Origin: an uncultured Gemmatimonadales bacterium
GTDB taxonomy: Bacteria > Gemmatimonadota > Gemmatimonadetes > Gemmatimonadales > GWC2-71-9
Length of the DNA: 64,000 bases
Assembly (NCBI GenBank): GCA_963695555.1
Contig: CAVOGR010000007.1
Location: 206,139 to 270,138, forward strand
Direction of reading: 5' to 3'
Both the position numbers and the translations under genes were made by a program. Position 1 is the stretch's first letter, and each line of letters begins with the position of its first letter. The notes below the pieces were generated by a model. It saw only the letters and a program-made list of their open reading frames with translations. It was not told where the DNA came from and searched no databases. This document shows, piece by piece, positions 9,589 to 20,562 of the stretch.

Positions 9589-9628
9589 CCGCTGACCGCG
9601 ATCCCCTCTCACGAGGGGCAACACACCA

Positions 9629-9665
9629 GGAGCCGCCCTGCACCAGCAGGGCGGCTCCGTGTTTA
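9629..9665 (+). terminator. rho-independent terminator after csp copy 2
   Basis: 12-bp stem GGAGCCGCCCTG / CAGGGCGGCTCC with a 6-nt loop, followed by GTGTTTA. Confidence 0.7.
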
Positions 9666-9800
9666 CGGCTGAGAGCACGACAAAATCGAAGCTCCCGCGA
9701 AGGAAGAGGCCCGCCTTGCGAAGGGCCGCGCCATGGGGTATATCGAAATCTGGCCCGCACCGATGGTACGGGCACGGCTCCTTCTTACCACGGAGGCTGG

Positions 9801-10001
9801 ATGGGCAAGGGACACGAAGACCTGCACACGCTGCACGAGGCGCTGGCCACATTCGAGGAGGCCATTCGGCAGCGCGAGCGCCGAAGCCCCCTCTCGAGCA
9901 AGGTGTCGGCAAAACAGACCGCCGACGAAGCTCGCCAGAATGTCGTTGAGGTAGTCGTCAAGATGGTCACGGCCGCGCGGATGGGCCGCGAATCCTCCTG
10001 A
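9801..10001 (+). CDS. small hypothetical protein
   Basis: 66-aa ORF in an otherwise empty interval. No family recognised. Confidence 0.25.
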   Translation: MGKGHEDLHTLHEALATFEEAIRQRERRSPLSSKVSAKQTADEARQNVVEVVVKMVTAARMGRESS

Positions 10002-10086
10002 ACCACCTCACCCCTTGACCCTGTAGCGTAAACAAGGCCCCGGGCACCGATCGGCGCCCGGGGCCTCCATCGCCTTCACTCCGTAG

Positions 10087-11673
10087 CTACCCGCCGAACT
10101 TGATGCCCTGCGCCAGCGGCAGCTCGGTGCTCCAGTTGACGGTGTTGGTCTGGCGGCGCATGTAGACCTTCCACGCATCGGAGCCCGACTCGCGGCCGCC
10201 GCCGGTTTCCTTCTCGCCGCCGAAGGCGCCGCCGATCTCGGCGCCGCTGGTGCCGATGTTCACGTTGGCGATGCCGCAGTCGCTGCCGCGGTGCGACAGG
10301 AAGTACTCCGCCTCGCGCACGTGCTCGGTGAAGATCGCCGACGACAGCCCCTGCGGCACGCCGTTGTGGAGTCGCCATGGCCTCCTCGATCTCGGCCACC
10401 GCCTGCTGCGGCGAGGCGTCGCTTGCTGCCGTAGCCGATGATGTAGAGGATCGGCGCGAACGTCTCCTCCTGCACGATCTCGAACTCGTTCTTCGCCGCC
10501 GCGATGCACGGCTTCACGTAGTGGCCGCCCGGGTAGTCCGGGCCGTCGAGCGCTTCGCCGCCGTACAGGATCTCGCCGCCCTCCTGCCTGCACCCGCTCG
10601 ATCGCATTCTGCAGATCCTCGACGGCCGCCGTGGTGACCAGCGGTCCCATCAGCGTCGTCCGGCTTCCGCGGGTCGCCGATCGCGGATGCCCTCGTAGGC
10701 CCGCGCGAGCCGCGCCGACGAGCTCGTCTCGTGATCGACTCGTGCACGATGATCCGCCGCGTGACGGTGCAGCGCTGGCCGGCCGTGCCCACCGCGCCGA
10801 ACAGGATCGCCGGCAGCGCCAGGTCCAGGTTGGCGTGCGGCGTGACGATGATCGCGTTGTTGCCGCCGAGCTCGAGGATGGTGCGGCCGAGGCGCTTCCC
10901 ACGACCTCGCCGACGCGGTACCCGACCTGGCAGCTGCCGGTGGCCGAGACCAGCGGGACGCGCCGGTCGTGCAGCATCCGGTCGCCGACGGTCGAGCCCT
11001 TGCCGATCGATGAGCGAGAAGATGGCCGGGTCGACGTCGTTCTCCTCGGCACACCTGCTGCCGCGATCTTGGTGCACGCGATCGCGGTGAGCGGCGTCTT
11101 GCTGGCCGGCTTCCAGAGCACGCTGTCGCCGCAGACCGCGGCGATGGCCGTGTTCCAGCTCCAGACGGCGACCGGAAAGTTGAACGCGCTGATCACGCCG
11201 ACCACGCCGAGCGGATGCCACTGCTCGAACATGCGGTGGTCCGGCCGCTCCGACTGCATGGTGAGCCCGTAGAGCTGGCGCGAGAGGCCGATGGCGAAGT
11301 CGCAGATGTCGATCATCTCCTGCACTTCGCCCTCGCCCTCGGCCAGGATCTTGCCCATCTCGAGCGTGACGAGCTGACCCAGCTCGTGCTTCACCTCGCG
11401 CAGCCGGTTGCCGAGCTGCCGGACGAGCTCGCCGCGGCTCGGGGCCGGCACGCGGCGCCAGGCGAGGAAGGCCTCGTGGGCGCGGTCCACGATCCGGTCG
11501 TACTCCTCTTCGGTGACCTGCTGCACGGTCGCGATCCGCGAGCCGTCGATGGGGGTGATGACCTCGAGCTCGGGACCGGAGCCGATCCACTCGCCGTCGA
11601 AGCCGCCCGCGTTGGTCTCCGTAATTCGCAGGCTCGCCAGGAAATCGCTCAGGACTGGGGCCGTCGTTGCCAT
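10087..11673 (-). pseudogene. aldehyde dehydrogenase, ALDH7 / piperideine-6-carboxylate dehydrogenase-like, with several frameshifts
   Basis: Start [12 protein letters not shown] at 11673. Conserved ALDH blocks are spread over three minus-strand frames: [10 protein letters not shown], then [12 protein letters not shown] in another frame, [34 protein letters not shown]...GTAGQRCT in another, and YVKPCI...EETFAPILYI in a third. It ends EKETGGGRESGSDAWKVYMRRQT. Confidence 0.8.
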
Positions 11674-11882
11674 GGTTCTACCCACCGTATGTCTCGCTGG
11701 AAAGAAAGTGCTGTGTGGAGTTCTAGTACTGACGTCGGATTCTAGCATGGTCCGGCGGGCGAGGCCACTCCGCACTCAATGGGCGCTAATAGCGAACAAC
11801 CCATGAAATCTGGAGATCCACGACCCGTGCCGTTACGTCGAAGTACCCGCCATCCTGGCGGCGTCGAGCCGGCTACCGTAGT

Positions 11883-13847
11883 TTGCCGCAGACTCCGGAG
11901 GCAATCACCATGCACATGCTTGCTCGTCGACCACGTTTCCGATACCCTGCCCTCACCGCCCTGGCACTGGGACTGATCACGTGGCCCATGGCCGGCGCCG
12001 CGGCACAAGGCACCACCCGATGGTCGGGCCCGTCCCCGTTCCGGCCCCTCGACCTCCCGGCCGCCACCACCATCCGCACCGGCGCGGGACGCCCGGGCCC
12101 GGATTACTGGCAGCAACAGGTCGACTACAATCTCCAGGCGGCGGTCGACACCGCCACCCGGCTCCTCACGGGCTCGGGAACCATGACGTACCGGAACAAC
12201 TCCCCCGAAAGCCTGTCTTTCCTCTGGCTCAAACTCGACGCCAACCGCTGCGGCGACGAGAGCGAGGCCGCAGTGCTCAACGTGCCACCGCTCCTCTTCG
12301 GCGACGCGGTGTTCGACTTCTCGTGCCGCGGCGGCAGCGGCATGACGCTCGAGCGGGTGACTTCTTCGCGGCGGGCCCTGCCTTACCAGGTGTCCGGGAC
12401 GGTAGCCCGCGTGGAGTTACCCCATCCGATCCAGCCTGGCGGAACGATCGATATCGAGCTCGCCTGGCGGTGGACCCTGCCGGATTACGGCTACGGCCGC
12501 ATGGGGCGTGACGGGACCCTCTATCAGATCGCGCAGTGGTATCCACGGGCTGCGGTGTATGACGATGTGAGCGGCTGGAACATCGCGCCGTTCCTGGGCG
12601 CCGGTGAGTTCTACCAGGAATACGGCAACTTCAAGGCGGCGGTGAGCGTACCGGCCGGCTACGTCGTCACGGCCACGGGTACCATCGACAACCCGGAGAC
12701 GGTCCTGACAAGCGACCAGCGCGAGCGGCTCGCGCGAGCGCGGGCGTCGGAAACGGCCGTTGCGATCGTCACACGAGCGGAGGCGCTTCGCGCGCGACGG
12801 ACAGCCGTCGCGGGGACCAAGACCTGGCACTTCTCTGCCCAGAACGTGCGGGACTTTGCCTTTGCCATGGCGCCCGATTTCCGCTGGGACGCGAGCAGCT
12901 GGGACGGTACACTGATCCAGACCTTCTATCGGCCTGAGGCGACGCTCTGGGAGGAAGCCAACCGAATGTCGTGGGTCACGATCAAGCACTTCTCCGAGCG
13001 GCTGGCCCGCTATCCCTACCCGCACGCGACGACGGTGGAGGGCCCGAACGAGGGCATGGAATACCCCATGCTGACGTTCGTGCCGCGCGGCGCCTCGCGC
13101 GAAGAGCTTTACTGGGTGCTGACCCACGAATTCGGCCACGAGTGGTACCCGATGTTGGTCAACTCCAACGAGCGGCTCCATCCGTGGATGGATGAGGGGT
13201 TCAATACCTTCATCGACATCGGATCGGTCGAAGAGTACTTCGCGGGGCAGGCCTACGCCGACACTATCGATCTGCAACCGCTGCATCTCTTTCCATTGCA
13301 TGCGATCGAAGGACAGGAGCAGCCCATGGCGCTGCCGCCCGACGAGCAGCACGATCTCTACTGGGCCGCGTACTTCAAGCCGGCGCTCATGCTGCACCTC
13401 CTGCGAACGGAGGTCCTGGGCGCCGAGCGATTCGACCGCGCGTTTTCGGAGTACACCAAGGCGTGGAGCTTCAAGCACCCAACGCCGGCCGATTTCTTCC
13501 GGTTCATGGAGAATGCCTCAGGCAAGCAGATCGACTGGTTCTGGCGGGAGTGGATCTACTCGACCGCCCGGCTCGACCAGGCCATCGATCGGGTGACCCC
13601 GGGAGCCGACGGCGTCGCAACGACGGTCTATCTGCACAGCCGTGGCGACATGCTGATGCCCGCCGAGCTGGCGCTGACCTTCATCGACGGCAGCAAAGAG
13701 ACCGTCCGCCTTCCGGTCGAGATGTGGAAGCTCGGCCCGGAGTTCGCCTATCGCGTGCGCGGCGGCCGGCACCTCGCCCGCGCCGAGCTGGACCCGCGGG
13801 GCGTGTATCCGGACGTGGATCGCGGCAACAACGTGTGGCAACGGTAG
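11883..13847 (+). CDS. M1-family zinc metallopeptidase, secreted
   Basis: HEFGHEWYP (HExxH) plus downstream WMDEGF. Signal-like N-terminus (ALTALALGLITWPMAGAAAQG). Confidence 0.85.
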   Translation: MPQTPEAITMHMLARRPRFRYPALTALALGLITWPMAGAAAQGTTRWSGPSPFRPLDLPAATTIRTGAGRPGPDYWQQQVDYNLQAAVDTATRLLTGSGTMTYRNNSPESLSFLWLKLDANRCGDESEAAVLNVPPLLFGDAVFDFSCRGGSGMTLERVTSSRRALPYQVSGTVARVELPHPIQPGGTIDIELAWRWTLPDYGYGRMGRDGTLYQIAQWYPRAAVYDDVSGWNIAPFLGAGEFYQEYGNFKAAVSVPAGYVVTATGTIDNPETVLTSDQRERLARARASETAVAIVTRAEALRARRTAVAGTKTWHFSAQNVRDFAFAMAPDFRWDASSWDGTLIQTFYRPEATLWEEANRMSWVTIKHFSERLARYPYPHATTVEGPNEGMEYPMLTFVPRGASREELYWVLTHEFGHEWYPMLVNSNERLHPWMDEGFNTFIDIGSVEEYFAGQAYADTIDLQPLHLFPLHAIEGQEQPMALPPDEQHDLYWAAYFKPALMLHLLRTEVLGAERFDRAFSEYTKAWSFKHPTPADFFRFMENASGKQIDWFWREWIYSTARLDQAIDRVTPGADGVATTVYLHSRGDMLMPAELALTFIDGSKETVRLPVEMWKLGPEFAYRVRGGRHLARAELDPRGVYPDVDRGNNVWQR

Positions 13848-13883
13848 CGGCGACATCGACTAGACAACCAGACAGGGAGAGGC

Positions 13884-15047
13884 GTGATGGGGCAGAGCGG
13901 AAACAAGACGTTCGACATGGCCGCCGTGCAACGAGGCGCCCGGCTCCGGCGCTCGCCATTCTTCGAGGCGACGCTGGCGGCAGGGTGCCGGGGCTACACG
14001 GTCTACAACCACATGTTCCTCCCGATCGCCTATGCCGACCTGGAAGAGGAGTATTGGCGGCTGCTCAACGACGTGACCGTGTGGGATGTGTCGGTCGAGC
14101 GCCAGGTCGAGATCACCGGTCCGGACGCTTTTCGGCTGACCAACCTCCTGACCCCGCGCGACCTGACCAAGTGCCAGGTCGGGCAGGGCAAATACGTCGT
14201 GATCACGGCGGAAGACGGGTGCATCATCAACGACCCGGTACTACTGCGCCTGGGCGAGAGCCATTTCTGGCTGGCCCTCGCCGATAGCGACGTGCTCCTC
14301 TGGGCGCGCGGCGTGGCCTACAACTCGGGAATGGATGTCGAGATCACCGAGCCGGACGTCTCACCGCTCCAGATTCAAGGGCCCAAGTCGAAGCCGGTAG
14401 TGCAGGCGCTGTTCGGGAACCGGGTGCTCGAGCTGCCGTACTACTACTTCATCGAGACCGAGTTGGACGGGATCCCGGTGGTGGTGACCCGCACGGGATG
14501 GAGCGGAGAGGTCGGGTACGAGATCTACCTGCGCGACGGAAGCCGCGGGACCGAGCTGTGGGACCGGGTCATGGCGGCCGGCAAGCCGCACAACATAGCC
14601 CCGACCGGACCGTCGGACATCCGACGGATCGAGGCCGGCATCCTGAACCACGGCGTCGATATCACGCTGGACGACACGCCCTACCATGTGGGACTCGAGT
14701 GGTTGGTGAACTTGGGCCAGAAAGCCGACTTCATCGGGAAGGACGCGCTTCGCCGATTGGAAGCGAAAGGGGTGAGCCGGAAACTGGCTGGAGTCGAGAT
14801 CGCCGGCGACCCGCTGGACCTCAACATCACCCGCTGGCCGGTCCATGCCCGAGGCACGCAGGTGGGATCGGTCACGTCGGCGGTCTACTCGCCCCGCCTG
14901 GAGCGGAACATCGGCTACGTTATGGTGCCGACCAAGTACGCAAAGCTCGGCACCGAGCTCACCGTCCATACGCCGGCGGGCGAACGGGAGGCCACCGTGG
15001 TCGTCAAGCCGTTTGTCGATCCGAAGAAGGACGTGCCAAAGTCCTAA
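13884..15047 (+). CDS. aminomethyltransferase (GcvT/DmdA) family protein
   Basis: 387 aa with GcvT-fold blocks (LNDVTVWDVSVERQVEITGPDA, TRTGWSGEVGYEIY, RRIEAGILNHGVDI, GSVTSAVYSPRLERNIGY). Confidence 0.8.
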   Translation: MMGQSGNKTFDMAAVQRGARLRRSPFFEATLAAGCRGYTVYNHMFLPIAYADLEEEYWRLLNDVTVWDVSVERQVEITGPDAFRLTNLLTPRDLTKCQVGQGKYVVITAEDGCIINDPVLLRLGESHFWLALADSDVLLWARGVAYNSGMDVEITEPDVSPLQIQGPKSKPVVQALFGNRVLELPYYYFIETELDGIPVVVTRTGWSGEVGYEIYLRDGSRGTELWDRVMAAGKPHNIAPTGPSDIRRIEAGILNHGVDITLDDTPYHVGLEWLVNLGQKADFIGKDALRRLEAKGVSRKLAGVEIAGDPLDLNITRWPVHARGTQVGSVTSAVYSPRLERNIGYVMVPTKYAKLGTELTVHTPAGEREATVVVKPFVDPKKDVPKS

Positions 15048-15088
15048 GCGGTTCGATCATGGTGTATCTGCCCGCATCGGTGGCGTGG

Positions 15089-17143
15089 TTACTTCCACGC
15101 CACCGCACCCACCTCCACGAGGTCTTCCAGGTAGCGTCCCACGAGTAACGTGGACACAGGGCCGTACTCGGCACTCAGCGCGTTTCGAATGTCGGTGACG
15201 GTCCGTGCCCCATCGATGAAGTTGACCAGCTCGAAGCGCTGATTTCCGTTCAGGGTGAATACGGGTGAGGCGTACCAGGCTGCGCGATCCGGATCCAATC
15301 CGCTTTCGGGAAGGCCGAAGTCCAACGGTCCACGGGTCAGCCGGATCGGGACCCGTGAATCGGTGGCGGTCGTCGGTCGACCGGCGGGCAGACCCGCGGT
15401 CCGCGCCTCATCGCCGAGCGCCGTTCGTAGGGCGGCGGCAACCTGATCGAGCCTATTCCCTGCGGCGCGGACCGCACGCCGGGCTTCCTCGCCTTCATTG
15501 AAGAGTCCAACCGACGCGACTGCCGCCTGTTCCCACGCCGCCGTGTGGGTCAGCGCGTTCCGGCCTTCGAACCAGGCCGATGCGCGATTCTCACCCGACG
15601 CCGCCAGCATCGCCGACCGGATCTCGCGCGCCGCAGCACCCAGCCGCGCCATGCCGTTCTGCCCGACCAGGTAGGCCAGATCGGCCGCCTCGGTCGGACT
15701 CAGGTCTGACAGATAGACGGCTGTTGCCGCGGCGATGATCTCGCTCCGCTCGAGTTCCACCGGATCCACTTTGTCCGGCGTGTCCTCCGAAGTGTGGTGG
15801 GTGTAGTCGGGGCCGTGGCCCAGCATGATGCCCGGCACCTTCCGGTCGATGAACATCATGTGGTCGCTGCCGCCGGAATACGGCGTGACCCGGTAGTTCA
15901 TGGCGGACAGGCTGCCACGCGGGGTGCGCACATCCATCCGCGATACCATCTCCGCCATGTTGGCCACCACGTCGTTCAGCGCCGATGGGATCGAGGCCGG
16001 TGTCATGGTCAATCCCATTTTGGAGTGAATGATCTCGAGGTTCTCCCCCACCATGTCGAGGTTCAAGTTGGCCAGCACCCGCCCACCGAGTGTGGGGCCT
16101 CGGAGTTCGGGGTGGCGGTCGATGTAGGCCATGGTGCCGTACCACTCGGGCACCCAGAGGAACCGGAGGGTGCGCTTGGGCCGCGGCAGCCGACCGGACT
16201 CGATCAGCTGATGCAGTGTCGCTGCGATGTCGACCAGCGCGGCCGAGCCCGACGCGTTGTCGTTCGCCGACTCCTTGGGGTGATCGAGGTGGGCGCTGAA
16301 GACGATCTCTTCGTCGGGACGCTCCGAGCCCCGGATGACGGCCACCGGCACGTCCATGAAGTAGGGCTCGAGCCCGATGCCGGTGACCCGCCCATGGAGC
16401 ACCACCTTGGTGCCGCGTTCGAGCAGAGATCGAAGCCCCGCGCCCTGCCGGTTGGTCAGGTTGAACCCGAAGGTGACCCGTCCCAGCTCCTCGGTCAGGG
16501 GCCACATACCGGTATACGCGAGCATGTCGGGGTATTCCCGGGCCCGGTCGTCCTCGAGATAGCACACAACCGCGGCTGCGCCGTACTTGAGCACGGCGAG
16601 CCGGTGCACCGACCCGCCGTAGCCGGTCGCCAGGACGAACTTGCCCGCAACATCCTTTCCTTCATAGTCCGCGTCGCTGGTCCCACTTCCCACCCAAACC
16701 AACTCGGCTGTGACGTCGCCGGGATTGGAGTAGGTGATGACGCTCATCGCGATCTCGGGATACCCGACGATCCGCTCCTCCCGGGGCTCGACCATGCGAA
16801 GCTCGCCGGACGTGATGTCCCAGCCCGAGGGCGACTGCCAGGTCTGGTAGTCGATCCGGCCGTCCGACGGGAACGACTCGGTCAAGGCGTCGGATTCGGC
16901 AAACCCCGCCGCCCGAAGCGCCGCCTCGACGTACTCGGCCGCGTGGCGGTAGCCGCGCGATCCCTGGATCCGGTGGTGGCGGCTGATCTGGATCACGTGA
17001 TCCTTGGCGCGCTCACCGGACAGGGTCTCGTGCAGCAGGTCGCGGCGATTGGAGTCGAGCAACGGGGCAAAGTCTTGGGCCGGGAGTGGCGGCGGGAAGG
17101 CGGTCAGTAGAAAGGCGGTCAGGATGGCAATCGACGTTTTCAT
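15089..17143 (-). CDS. M28-family peptidase with PA-like insert and C-terminal extension
   Basis: Signal peptide MKTSIAILTAFLLTAFPPPLPAQ. SAHLDHPKESANDNASGSAALVDIA metal-ligand block and SGGSDHMMF. Confidence 0.8.
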   Translation of the reverse strand: MKTSIAILTAFLLTAFPPPLPAQDFAPLLDSNRRDLLHETLSGERAKDHVIQISRHHRIQGSRGYRHAAEYVEAALRAAGFAESDALTESFPSDGRIDYQTWQSPSGWDITSGELRMVEPREERIVGYPEIAMSVITYSNPGDVTAELVWVGSGTSDADYEGKDVAGKFVLATGYGGSVHRLAVLKYGAAAVVCYLEDDRAREYPDMLAYTGMWPLTEELGRVTFGFNLTNRQGAGLRSLLERGTKVVLHGRVTGIGLEPYFMDVPVAVIRGSERPDEEIVFSAHLDHPKESANDNASGSAALVDIAATLHQLIESGRLPRPKRTLRFLWVPEWYGTMAYIDRHPELRGPTLGGRVLANLNLDMVGENLEIIHSKMGLTMTPASIPSALNDVVANMAEMVSRMDVRTPRGSLSAMNYRVTPYSGGSDHMMFIDRKVPGIMLGHGPDYTHHTSEDTPDKVDPVELERSEIIAAATAVYLSDLSPTEAADLAYLVGQNGMARLGAAAREIRSAMLAASGENRASAWFEGRNALTHTAAWEQAAVASVGLFNEGEEARRAVRAAGNRLDQVAAALRTALGDEARTAGLPAGRPTTATDSRVPIRLTRGPLDFGLPESGLDPDRAAWYASPVFTLNGNQRFELVNFIDGARTVTDIRNALSAEYGPVSTLLVGRYLEDLVEVGAVAWK

Positions 17144-17331
17144 GACGGCTAAACTCCCTCAGTGGAACTGCCCCTTGGGCACACTCTCGATCGTCAACAA
17201 CGATGGTTCGACGGAATCTCGCAAAACGATGTCATCCCCTGAGCATACCGCTCGACCGCCAAACCCGCCATCTTCGTAGCGTTCGGCAAACGACATGTGC
17301 CGCCATCCATGACCAGCAACACCGAGCGATC

Positions 17332-18098
17332 ATGAACGAACTCAATGGAAAGCGCGCCCTGGTGACCGGCGCCACCAGCGGCATCGGCCGGGCCACGGCC
17401 AGGCTCCTGCTGGAGCGCGGGGCGACCGTGGTCGGCACCGCCAGGCGGAAGGAAGCGCTCGATCAGGCCGCGACCGACCTCGGCGCAGGGAAACGGTGGA
17501 TCCCAATCGCAGGAGACTTAACATCGGCCGATTTCCGGACCTCGCTGGTCGGGGCGGCGCAGAAACAGGCCGGCGGCCTCGACCTCCTGGTCAACGCCGC
17601 GGGTATCCTGACCACGGGGACCTGGGAGACGACCAGCCTGGACGACTGGGACCGGATGCTCGACATCAATCTCCGGAGCGTGTTCGGCCTCACCCGGCTC
17701 GCGATTCCGTTATTGAAGGAAAGCCGAGGCGCGATCGTCAACGTGAGCAGCGTGACCGGAACACGAGCGTTCCCGGGGTGCTGGCCTACTGCGTGAGCAA
17801 GGCGGGGGTCGATCAGCTGACCCGTTGCTTGGCACTCGAGCTGGCAGCCGACGGGGTCCGGGTGAACGCGGTCAATCCGGGGGTGGTGCGCACCAACTCC
17901 ACCGCGCCGGCGGGATGGACCAAGCGGCCTACGCGGCCTTTCTGGAGCGGAGCAAAACGACCCACCCGCTGGGACGGGTCGGTCGAGCCGGAGGAAGTCG
18001 CGGATCTGATCGCGTTCCTCGGATCGTCGCGTGCCGGTTGGATCACCGGGGAGACCATCGCCATCGACGGCGGCCGGGCCCAGACCTGTAACCGCTGA
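17332..18098 (+). pseudogene. short-chain dehydrogenase/reductase (SDR) with about 2 frameshifts
   Basis: MNELNGKRALVTGATSGIGRA (TGxxxGxG) and NAAGI in one frame. YCVSKAGV (YxxxK) and NAVNPGVVRT are in a second frame, and LHRAGGMDQAAYAAFLERSKTTHPLGRVG in a third. The first break is at the GGGG run 17775-17778. Confidence 0.8.
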
Positions 18099-18101
18099 GG
18101 G

Positions 18102-18656
18102 TTATTCGCCCGACCGCTCGACCTGCTCCAGCACCCCGATGTACGGTAGGGTTCGATATTGTTCGGCGTAGTCCAGGCCGTAGCCGACCACCCACACATC
18201 GGGAATGTCGAAGCCGAGGTAGTCCACCCGGACATCGCGCTCGGCGCGGCTCAGCTTCCGCACCAGCACACAGGTGCGGATGGAGGAGGGATTCCGCGCT
18301 TGTAACAGGTCGATCAGGTAATGAAGGGTGTTGCCGGAATCGACGATGTCTTCGACGATCAGCACGTGCTTCCCCTCCACCCGATGGCGCAGGTCCATTT
18401 CGAGCCGCACCTCCCCCGACACGCTGCCCTGCTCGTAGCTCGACAGCCCGATGAACTCGATCCGCCGCGGGATGGTCAGGCGGCGGGACAAGTCGGCAAG
18501 CAGAACGAACGCCCCCTTGAGCACGCCGACCAGCACCACTTCGCCCTTGGCGCGGTAGTCCCGCGAGATCTGGGAGGCCAGGTCGATCACCCGCTCCCGA
18601 ATGGTTTCCTCGGTGATCAGGACGGTCGGTTCTGGTGACTCGGCGTGGCTTGGCAT
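18102..18656 (-). CDS. hpt: hypoxanthine phosphoribosyltransferase
   Basis: VLVGVLKGAFVLLADLSRRL ... KHVLIVEDIVDSGNTLHYL PRPP-binding motif. Start taken at the internal Met MPSHAESPEP. Confidence 0.9.
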   Translation of the reverse strand: MPSHAESPEPTVLITEETIRERVIDLASQISRDYRAKGEVVLVGVLKGAFVLLADLSRRLTIPRRIEFIGLSSYEQGSVSGEVRLEMDLRHRVEGKHVLIVEDIVDSGNTLHYLIDLLQARNPSSIRTCVLVRKLSRAERDVRVDYLGFDIPDVWVVGYGLDYAEQYRTLPYIGVLEQVERSGE

Positions 18657-18748
18657 AGACGATAAGTTGGCGCCCACTCGGGAAAATGCAATCTCGGCCC
18701 ATCCCGCCCGCATGACGCGGCGGCTCGATCGCCGTAGATTGTGGCCTC

Positions 18749-19696
18749 ATGCCGACCACCGATTCCGCACACACCGCACGGCGCCGCATCCTGACCGGGC
18801 ATCTGTCCCTGGGCGCGGCGCAGGTGGGCTTCGGGCTCTTTCCAGTGTTCGGGACCATCGTGTTCGGACCAGGCGGCGTGTCGCCGCTCGGGGTCGGCAC
18901 CTGGCGAATCGGGGCAGGCGGCGTCATCCTGGGCGCCCTCGCCTTCCTGCTCCACGGCAGGGCCGCCCTGCCCGAGCGGCGCGACCTGGCTCGGCTCTTC
19001 TGGTGCGCTCTCCTGGGCGTGGTGATCAACCAGGGGATGTTCCTGGTCGGGCTGTCCCGCTCGACCCCCATGAATGCCGGCCTGGTGATGTCGATGATTC
19101 CGGTGTTCACCTTCGCCATCGCCGCGGCCGTGGGTCAGGAACGCTTCAGCGCTCTACGTGCCGCCGGAGTGATGATTGCGCTCGTGGGCATGGCGCCGCT
19201 CCTATTCGGGGACGGCGGCGGGGCCCGGATTCTGGCACACTATGGCCCGGGCAACCTGCTCATGGTCGGCAACGCGCTGTCCTATTCCATCTATCTCGTC
19301 ATCGCGAAGCCGCTGACCGAGCGGTATCCGGCGCTGGTGATCCTGGCCTGGAACTACGTCCTGTCGTTCGTGGCGCTGCCCTTCTTTGCCTCCGGGGCCA
19401 AACTCCTCCCCGATCCCGGCGCGACGAGTGCCTGGTGGTCCCTGGCCTTCATCATCGCGTTCCCGACCGTCATCAGCTACCTCCTGGCCATGATAGGGTT
19501 GGCGCGGGTCCGGGCCTCGACCACCGCGATTTACGTGTACAGCCAGCCGCTCATCGCGGGCATTGCCAGCTGGTTGGTGTTCGGCGAGGAGCCGACGACC
19601 GCCATGTTGATTGCGGCCGTGGCATTGTTCATCGGTATCTGGCTGGTGGCGCGGAGACCTCCCCCGCCTAAGCTTCCCGTCGTCGAGGAAGCCTGA
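18749..19696 (+). CDS. DMT-superfamily (EamA-like) transporter
   Basis: 315 aa, about 10 hydrophobic segments, duplicated EamA-type architecture. Confidence 0.8.
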   Translation: MPTTDSAHTARRRILTGHLSLGAAQVGFGLFPVFGTIVFGPGGVSPLGVGTWRIGAGGVILGALAFLLHGRAALPERRDLARLFWCALLGVVINQGMFLVGLSRSTPMNAGLVMSMIPVFTFAIAAAVGQERFSALRAAGVMIALVGMAPLLFGDGGGARILAHYGPGNLLMVGNALSYSIYLVIAKPLTERYPALVILAWNYVLSFVALPFFASGAKLLPDPGATSAWWSLAFIIAFPTVISYLLAMIGLARVRASTTAIYVYSQPLIAGIASWLVFGEEPTTAMLIAAVALFIGIWLVARRPPPPKLPVVEEA

Positions 19697-19698
19697 CC

Positions 19699-20500
19699 CT
19701 ATTCCTCGATGGTCCCGTCGACCACGCGGACGCGATGTTGCTTGCCCGCGCTCACCGCCACGAACGAATAGCCACGGTCGGTCCGCTGGTAGCCCTCGAT
19801 GGCGGACAATGTGCGAAGGATCGAGCGACTGCCGATGGGATCCCAGTTCTCCACATCGGATAGCGAGAGCTGCGACGGGTAGGCGCCCTCTTCCGCGTTC
19901 ATCGTCTCCAGGTAGATCACGAGATGCCGCGTAGCCGCCCGGGTCTGGGCCCGCTCTGCCTGGGAGTGCGCGGCACCGACGTACACCGGCCCCGTCGAGT
20001 ATCGTCTCCACCTGCTCCCTCTGTGCCCGGGTCAGGTCCCGCTCGAGCAGGGGGCGCACCACCTCACTGCCCTCCTCCCATCGCTGGCGCACCATGAGCC
20101 ATTGCGCCTGGCCGAGGTAGAAGTCGAACGCGAGATGCTCCTTCGCGCTCTCGCCGGCGGATGTTTCCGGCAAGTGGGTCGCGAGATCTTGGAGCATGCC
20201 CTCGGCGCGATCGAAGTCGCCCTCGCGGGCGATCTCACGGGCCTCGTGGTAGCGGCCGTCGGCGAGTGAACGGAGGCGGGCGATTTCCGCTTCGACCTCG
20301 GTGACGATCTCATACCTGCTGTTGGCGGCCATGAACGTGGTGAGCCGAGCGACGGATACGCCCGGGAGCTGTTCATCCACCGTGGCGAGCAGGGACCGGA
20401 ACTCCGCATCGACCTCGGCCGGGGTGGGTTGGGGTTTCGAGCAGCCAAGCGCGACGGGCGACAGGACGAGGGCAACCAGGGCAAAGCTGCGAAGGCGCAT
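19699..20500 (-). pseudogene. lipoprotein (hypothetical), one frameshift near 19990
   Basis: MRLRSFALVALVLSPVALGCSK lipobox with an AAGGAG RBS. The reading continues in another frame as VYVGAAHSQAERAQ...VVDGTIEE (track ORF 19699-19986). Confidence 0.45.
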
Positions 20501-20562
20501 CGCGAGTCTCCTTGAGAGGGCCGAACTAAATGGCCGAGGCTGCAAATTCTGCGCCTTATCCC

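Noticed and set aside
10087-11673. Calling the frameshifted genes true pseudogenes and evidence of genome decay.
   Set aside because: The breaks I could localise are at short homopolymers, flanking protein sequence is well conserved and premature stops are nearly absent. That favours sequencing or assembly indels. I kept the feature type pseudogene only to flag that the reading frame is interrupted as given.
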